Source: Macrostomum lignano
Taxonomy: Eukaryota
DNA length: 64,000 nucleotides
NCBI GenBank assembly: GCA_002269645.1
Contig: NIVC01000616.1
Location: 372,001 to 436,000 of the forward strand
Reading direction: 5' to 3'
The notes beneath the pieces are model-generated. The model was not told the DNA's origin, ran no database searches, and worked only from the letters and a program-made list of their open reading frames with translations. Position 1 is the stretch's first letter. Each line of letters begins with the position of its first letter. The position numbers and the translations under genes are program-made. Below are positions 57,363 to 64,000 of this stretch, in pieces.

Positions 57363-60300
57363 ATGCAGGTGGTCTCTTCAAGAAGTCCGACCGGCTCAAC
57401 CGCCTGCTGTCTTCTGTTCTGTCTGGCGTTTCTGCTTCCGTGCGTTCATTCCAAAAGCTGTGAGTTTGTCTTATTAAGAACTCAAATTGATTGTGCTGTC
57501 GCGATTTGACTGCCAAAAATTAGGACACAAGACGGTAAGACAGTGGTTCGATTATAGTGTACATTCCTGACAATTAGAAAGTCCTGTTCACCCTGTGTGA
57601 GCGAGTGTATGAATGTGTGCCTGCGTACAGTATTGCCCGAATTCCAAATTTTTGCATAATCAATCGAGTTCAAATGCAACTTTTTGATCGCTGCGGCAAT
57701 CCTGCAGTCGCCGCCTGCAGCAGCGGCAGCTTCGGTCCCAGCTGCAACCTCAGCTGCACGGAGCACTGCGACTTTGAAGCCAACTGCAACAGTTCCACAG
57801 ACGGTGGCTGCACCGTGCGGTGTCAGAAAGGCTGGAAGAACCTGCCGCTGTGCAACACGCTCTGTGAGCCGAACTGGTTCTCCTACAACTGCGCCCTGCG
57901 GTGCCACTGCGCCAACGCCACCGAAGTTTGCGACAGGAAGAACGGCAACTGCCAGAGCGGCTGCGACCCCAGGTGGGCGGAGAGCAGCTGTCATGTGAGA
58001 ATGCCGGAGATCACAAACCCGCCCTGGATTGTGGAGTCCGGCTGCGCCAGGTTTCTCGTCGCCTTCCGACCGTTCAACTCAACGTTAGACGTTGGAGTAG
58101 GAAATGTCGGCTTCTACCAGATTGAGTCGGCCGTGGTCGGTCGGGACCTGTGGACGGAGCGTGCGAATGTCACCGGGTCTCCCTACCAGGCCTGGGTCGA
58201 TGTCGGCAGCGTTGATCCATCCCTGCAGCATCAGTTCCGCGTTCGGATATTCTACCGATCGGCGGACTTTTACGAGAGATTCGCGCCGCCAGGGAACTCC
58301 AGCGCTGCCAGCAGCGTCGATTGCGCAGGTAAACATTTTTGGAAATGGCAACAACTGAATGCTGTAAGTCGGGGCGTAGCTAGAGGTTTGGACAAGGCGA
58401 CCCTTTATCCTCTGGATATCATGTAGTACCTCCCTGCAGGAGGTTGAGTGACCATTCAAATATGAGCAACTAAAAGAACAAAATTCCTTGTCACGCCCCG
58501 TGATAAGGCAGCTTGCGGTGTGGAACTGCCATGTGTTTGTTTCCTGGCAAATCGAGGTGCCAGGGGACACCATTAAATAGAAGGATAATTTTTGTCTACC
58601 AAATTTCAGGCACAACTCCAGGTTCATCAACATCTACTCAGACAACAAGTACGATACAGTTAATCCTGTTTTATATTCAGTTTTTTCGCCTAAAGGATAA
58701 AATCCTCAGAAAAGATAAGAGAAATGTGCTATATTTTCTTGATTAAACAGCACTTACCACGACCTTGAGCAGTTCCTCAGTAACTACAGATAGAGAAGGT
58801 AACGCCGCATCTGAGCTCTGTACTGTTATTTTGTTGTCCTCGTATTACTGTTGCAATCGTTCAACAAAATTAAAGAGGGTGATTATGATTTACTGCAGAA
58901 ATTCAAGGCCACAGTTTTTCTATCTTGATTGGATTTATACAGTTGCGCAGCGAGTCCTCTATAACTGATGTTCAAATTCAATTGGTTAAATTATTTGATT
59001 TTTTGGAGTTTAGCAAAATCTGAATACTCAGTTAGGCGTAGTTTTTACTGTTGTGTCATCGCTTGCAAATATGTTTACTATTCAACGAGGTAGCCTAGTG
59101 GCTAGAGTGTCGGACTCACGACTTGAAGGTCGGGGGTTCGACTCTCGACCCACTCGAAACAATTTGTTTCCTTGAGCAAGACACTAAACTCTGCATTGCT
59201 TCAGTTCACCCAGCTGTAAAATGGGTGCCAGCATTAGCTGGGTAATTGAGGGTGTGTGTTGTGACATCCCAGTCCTTGGACTGAACAGCCGTACGCAGCC
59301 TTCAGCCTGCCCATTAGGGCAGGTGCAATCAATCGTTAGTTATTATTAGAGATTTAGTATATTGTGATTAGTTATTATCTACGAGAACTCATGGTTTGAC
59401 TTGACTCATCTCGCACCTTTACAGTTACAGACAAACCGTCAACTGATGGTGCGACTACAACAGCAGACGCGGCAACAACTTCTGAAACTCGTGAGATTTT
59501 ACTTACGAGCTTATTTTCCAAGCAAAAGAGCACGCTTTGAATGGGCTAGACAAAAAGTTATCTAGGTTTATTTATTCAACACAGTATATGAAGTTTCTTT
59601 GACACTAAATAGTCTGAAATAAATTTTAATTTCAAATTGCGATCGTTCAACTCTGCGACTCATTTCAGCGAGTCCCACTGTAGCGGACACTTCAGCAACA
59701 AGTTCAGCCACCTCGCCACAGACAACTGCAGCGACCTCCGCTCCGCCTGGCCCAGCAGACAGCATGGGTCTCATCGTGGCTCTCTGCATTGTTCTCTTTC
59801 TGGCACTCTGCATCGCTGCCGCGGTGCTGTGGTGCCGGCTGCGCGGACGATTTCCAAGCGAGAAAAAGCTACCGCCGCCTGGTGTTGCCATGACAACTAT
59901 GGGGGGTCAGGTGAGCTTGGCCGAGCCCAGGTCGGCGCGCTACTGGACTCCGATCACGGACCTTATCGAGCCGCGTCGACCAGTGCTAAGCGGTCCGATT
60001 GCGTCATCTGCTACTCCGGATAATTCTCACGGCACAGCCGATCTGACCAAATCTGATGGCCAGCTGAGCTTCCAGGTGACAAAAAATACTAGAAGTATGA
60101 GTGTATCCCTCTCGTGAGAGCGAACTCACGGGAGTTCCGTTGGCAATGAGAAAGCTAGAATAAATGCACACCTGGCTGAAGGTGTGTGAGTTCACCGGTC
60201 AACGGAAACTTCCTCCGCTACATTCCAGGCTGAATTCGACTCGCTGCCGCGCGGTCACCAGCCGCACAGACAGTGCGAAGTCGCCAGGCGGTTGGAGAAC

Positions 60301-62411
60301 GCGTCGAAGAACGCCACTCCGCTGTGTTTCCCCTACGACTACAATCGAGTGACCTTCAAAGGAGACGAAGATGCATACTACAATGCGTCAGTAATGAAGG
60401 GGTATGTCAGACGGGACGCCTACATTGCTGCTCAGTCACCTATGGATGACAGGTCGGCAGAGTTGCTCTGGAGAGCCGTGCTGGAGCAGAATGTTGCTCA
60501 GGTGGTGGCAGCTGGTGGAAGTCAGGTGAGAGAGAACTACAGGTTACATCAAATATCCTAATTCAACTACATGTGATAAACCAATTCGATCCTGATTTCA
60601 GGAGCATCTGGCATTTCAATATTGGCCTGAGGCGGCTGGGCAGACTCTAAGCATAGGCGGCGTGACCGTTCGCTGTGAGTCTCGACAGCGACGTCACGAG
60701 TTCACCGTCACCCGATTGAGAGTCAACGGAATGCGGGTGACCCACTACCAGCTGGCCTGTCGAGCAGCCGACACCCTGGGTCTGGTGGCCATGTACATCG
60801 CTGTGCGGTCGGCTGCTCGAATTGAGGACGGTCCGATGTTGGTGCACTGCCGAACAGGCATCGGAGCGACCTGCGTGTTTATCGGACTCGACTGGCTGCT
60901 GCAGCAGGCGGCACGAGAGAACGGCAGTGTCAGCGTCTGCAAGGTGAGACTGTACAGTCAGGAAAGAAAATATCAGAAAATGAAACACTAACAAAGTATT
61001 TGCACCTCTATTTTCCCTCACCGATTTAACAGTGCGCTCGCGATCTCCGCCGGGGCCGTCCAAACGCCCTGCCCGACGCTCGCCAGTACGCTCTTCTCTA
61101 CGATGCTCTTTTCGAAGCCTTCCTAAGACGCAGCTTCCTAGCGGTGCCCTCCGTCAGTGCCATTGACGCCTTCATGGCAGCATTTGATCGCCGTGTGATG
61201 CCGTCAGCAATGACTGCACTGCAGGAACAGCTGGACCTGCTGACCCGACTGGGACCAGTTTTGGACGAGCCCAAGTCAGCAGCAGCAGTCAGCGGCACCG
61301 CTAAAGTCACCTTCGACAACCACAGAGAAGCAGAAGTCGTGTTTTGCTTCGCACCGCCATCGACGGTGAAGCCCGACGACGCTGCTGCAGTTACTGCCAG
61401 TCGCAACGCCTTCTGGCTCGACGTGCTCCATCGGCAGGCTATCATAGTGGCCATTCTGGACAGCTCAGCCGCTAACACGGCGTCAGTGCTGCCTGCCAGT
61501 GCACTACTGGCGTCTGACAGCGGCGAGCAGAAACCGACGCTTGAGCTGCCGGATTTACAGGTTTGGATGCTTCAATCTTTATAAAAGAGGATGCTTCAGC
61601 CAAGACATCGCTTTTTGTTGTTTTTTAATGCCATGCCTGTAACGTCTTACAGATAAGTTTTCCTGCAGTCAAACCTGACGCCGATACCAGCAACAGTCAC
61701 AAGAGTCGCACGCTTATCATCCGTCCGCGAACTCAAGGCTCAACAACTCCTGGTACAGAGGATGCATCATCAAAGATAGAGCTACTGATGCTGAGCTGGA
61801 AATCTGCTCCAGTTGACGGTGATAGCTTTGATGAAGATTCTTCAATAGCCGATTTGGCTAACGCTGTGGCTGCTTTGACAGCGGCTGCTTCTAGAGACAC
61901 TGTCGAAGGCCAGTGCATTCTTGTCGACGCCGATACGCGCCGCTGCGGTCTCCTCGCTGTCGCCGCGCAAACCTGGCATCAGCTGATCGAGGACGGCTAC
62001 GCCGACCTGTGCGCTGTAGTGAGACGGCGCCAACGTCGATGTGGCGGTGACGCGGCTATTGATGCTCGTGAATACCGCATGATCCACCGGTGCCTGCAGC
62101 GTCTGGCCAGCTGGCGCCGTCGTCGACCCCTGCCAGAGGGTCGTCGGAAGCGCCGAGGTGGCGGCCGCCGCCGCGAGAGAAGTTCTGACAATACCTTCGA
62201 GTATGAAGCAGACCAGGACAGCCTGTGGCTCAGTCTGACATCAACGCTCGAGTCGGGAGGCGATGAGCTGGAGAGCTCCATCTACGACTACTGCCAGCTT
62301 CCGGTGAGGCCCAGAGCCGACCTGGCAGCCTCGCCTGTCTACATCAACTTAACGGGAGTCCAAGGAAGCGATGAAAATCCGGTCGAAACAGAACCGGAGC
62401 CGATTGTCTGA
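57363..62411 (+). CDS. Receptor-type tyrosine phosphatase-like protein (signal, MEGF/SCARF-type EGF repeats, FN3, Ser/Thr stalk, TM, degenerate PTP D1, very degenerate D2-like region); exons 57363..57459, 57708..58328, 58610..58648, ~58781..58819, ~59431..59490, 59669..60075, 60229..60525, 60602..60943, 61033..61560, 61653..62411
   Basis: Phase-consistent splicing. FPYDYNRV, YYNAS, YIAAQSP, QYWP, VHCRTGIGATCVFI and RQY.LLYDAL match PTP motifs; TM GLIVALCIVLFLALCIAAAVLW. The small stalk exons are tentative. Confidence 0.8.
59087..59345 (+). mobile_element. CORE-type SINE in an RPTP intron
   Basis: TAGCCTAGTGG A box, GGTTCGACTC B box, CORE segment, TTA tail. Confidence 0.8.
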
Positions 62412-63041
62412 CAACTTTCAAGACAAAATTGTGAGCTACTCACGTGAATGGTTTGCTTCGGTCACAATTACTGGTCACAATTACTGGTCACAATTCGGTC
62501 ACACTTTAGTCACAATTAAACTGGCAGAGTTTAATATATTTGAGATTGTTTATGCGTCAAACAGTTTCTGCACGCGTTACCAAATACTCGTATTTAGGTA
62601 AAAATGCTAATTTTTCACCGGATCTTCATTCCGTCCAGACAATTGAATGATGTGGCAGTCGCATGAGGAATCTTTGTTTAACTTAAGCAATTGTTTTAAC
62701 TTGTCCTACCCAAATTGTCTCATAAACTCTTAGAATATCGCTTAGGACAGGTAGAGGTCGCTAAAATTATCACTGAATCATTTTTTTACTATTTTTGTCA
62801 ATAAGACCTACGTTATAACGGAAATCAATGATGAGACCAATTATTTGTCATTGTTATGTGAATAAAAAAATCATCAAGTGTAGAGCCACGCAGACAATTC
62901 TCAGACTATCGGCATCGGTTCAAATTGGTGTATAAAAAGCATTAATTTACAGTTAGAGTTAAAGTTGTAATCAAGGTATGAAGCATGTATTAAAACAAAT
63001 ATTACAGATTAGGCTTGTGGTTGTCACTTTGATTATCGAAT

Positions 63042-64000
63042 TTAAACAAACGAGAACTTGGCAGCTATGCTCAAATGGTCTGACGCTAAATTGTGATCAG
63101 GTGTGCAGTCTTTGTCCCGCTGAATGTACCAAGAAGGCACCTCCAGTGCAGCCAGGGGCCGCAGGTGTTGCAATTCGTAGAAAATGAAGTCAACGCAGCC
63201 GGAGTTGTTGGTCAGGTTTAGAGTGCAGGCTGGCTCGCTGCCAAGTACGTCCAGATAGGCGCTGGAAATGCTTTGTCCTCGGCAAAATTGCTTGCCAGAC
63301 TCGCCTAATAAAACCTTCATCAAAGGTAGCTGCTGTTTCTGCGAAGACTCCCAGGAAGAACTGGTGCACTCTCCTGCCTTGCCCACGACGCAGTGATAGG
63401 CTAGGGAGTCTGGCGTGGAATTGAAATCGCCGCAGACAAAAAATGCACCACCTTTTGCGGCTGATGCGGTCTCCGCAATCATGGCAACGGCCTAGCAATC
63501 ATTGGTTGCGGGATTAAGAAGGAATTATATAATCAGGTGGAAAACTCGTATACGAGCTATGCTGTCTGAATTTGTTACAGTGCCTTCTAGGACTGGAATC
63601 AAGGGGGAATACAGCAACTCTATGTAACCCACAAGGCAGAGTCGTTTTTGTTTCTCCGCTTAAGCTCAGGGGAACGCTGGGATGCCAACAACTAAAAGGA
63701 ATTTCTGAGATTCCGAGGTTCAAGGCAAATTTGCGCTCGTACGAGCTATATTGGCCCTGAATTTCTCTGGCATCATCCGGCATGCACACTCTGTACCGTG
63801 GGGTCTATCGCTGCTCTGCCCCCCATTCTTAAATATCAGGCTTAGTTCAACTGTAATTATGCATTTATATAGTTTTGGTGTACACTTTAGTATGCAATCT
63901 CATGGTCACTATCGCCTGAGGTTGGCATGAGGTCTAGCTGACATGTAGGTCTATAGGTGAGCTACATTAACGCACCTGAGCTGCTCGTAGGTCTGGCTTC
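63042..64000 (-). CDS. CCR4/nocturnin/PDE12/Angel-family EEP phosphodiesterase, last exons complement(63976..>64000, 63042..63491)
   Basis: CGDFNSTPDS, SAY..LGSEPACT, GCVDFIFY and ASDHLSIAAKF are the C-terminal EEP motifs; GT..AG intron is phase 0. Subfamily not resolved. Confidence 0.8.

Noticed and set aside
57605-57707. Upstream Met start for the RPTP within the 273-aa ORF
   Set aside because: A better signal-peptide exon at 57363..57459 splices in phase to the acceptor at 57707.

Overview
Eukaryotic, intron-containing, repeat-rich genomic DNA from an invertebrate animal. A lophotrochozoan, e.g. a free-living flatworm such as Macrostomum, is plausible but only inferred from gene content and repeat style. 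No prokaryotic features or CRISPR arrays were seen. Genes, left to right: the 3' end of DNA polymerase nu; a complete 7-exon cullin-1 on the minus strand with a 1-nt frameshift, each of its introns holding a different tandem repeat; an AT-rich, CpG-eroded block of stacked MITEs; a cluster of small secreted lectin-like genes (three F-type lectins, two fibrinogen-related, two WSC) in which every intact copy carries a PAN/Apple-type module, partly duplicated and interrupted by nested LINEs; a degenerate stand-alone FHA gene; STPG4; a P-element-like transposase remnant; a CUB-like/LDLa membrane protein; an EGF-FN3 receptor with a predicted dead tyrosine-phosphatase domain; and the 3' end of a CCR4/nocturnin/PDE12-family gene. 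The most striking observation is a 128-bp insertion in the third F-type lectin gene. Its 12-bp target-site duplication (CAG|GTGAGGCTC) supplies both a splice donor and a splice acceptor, making it a candidate very recent intron gain that is absent from both paralogs. All coordinates were read by hand; repeat and TE boundaries are approximate.
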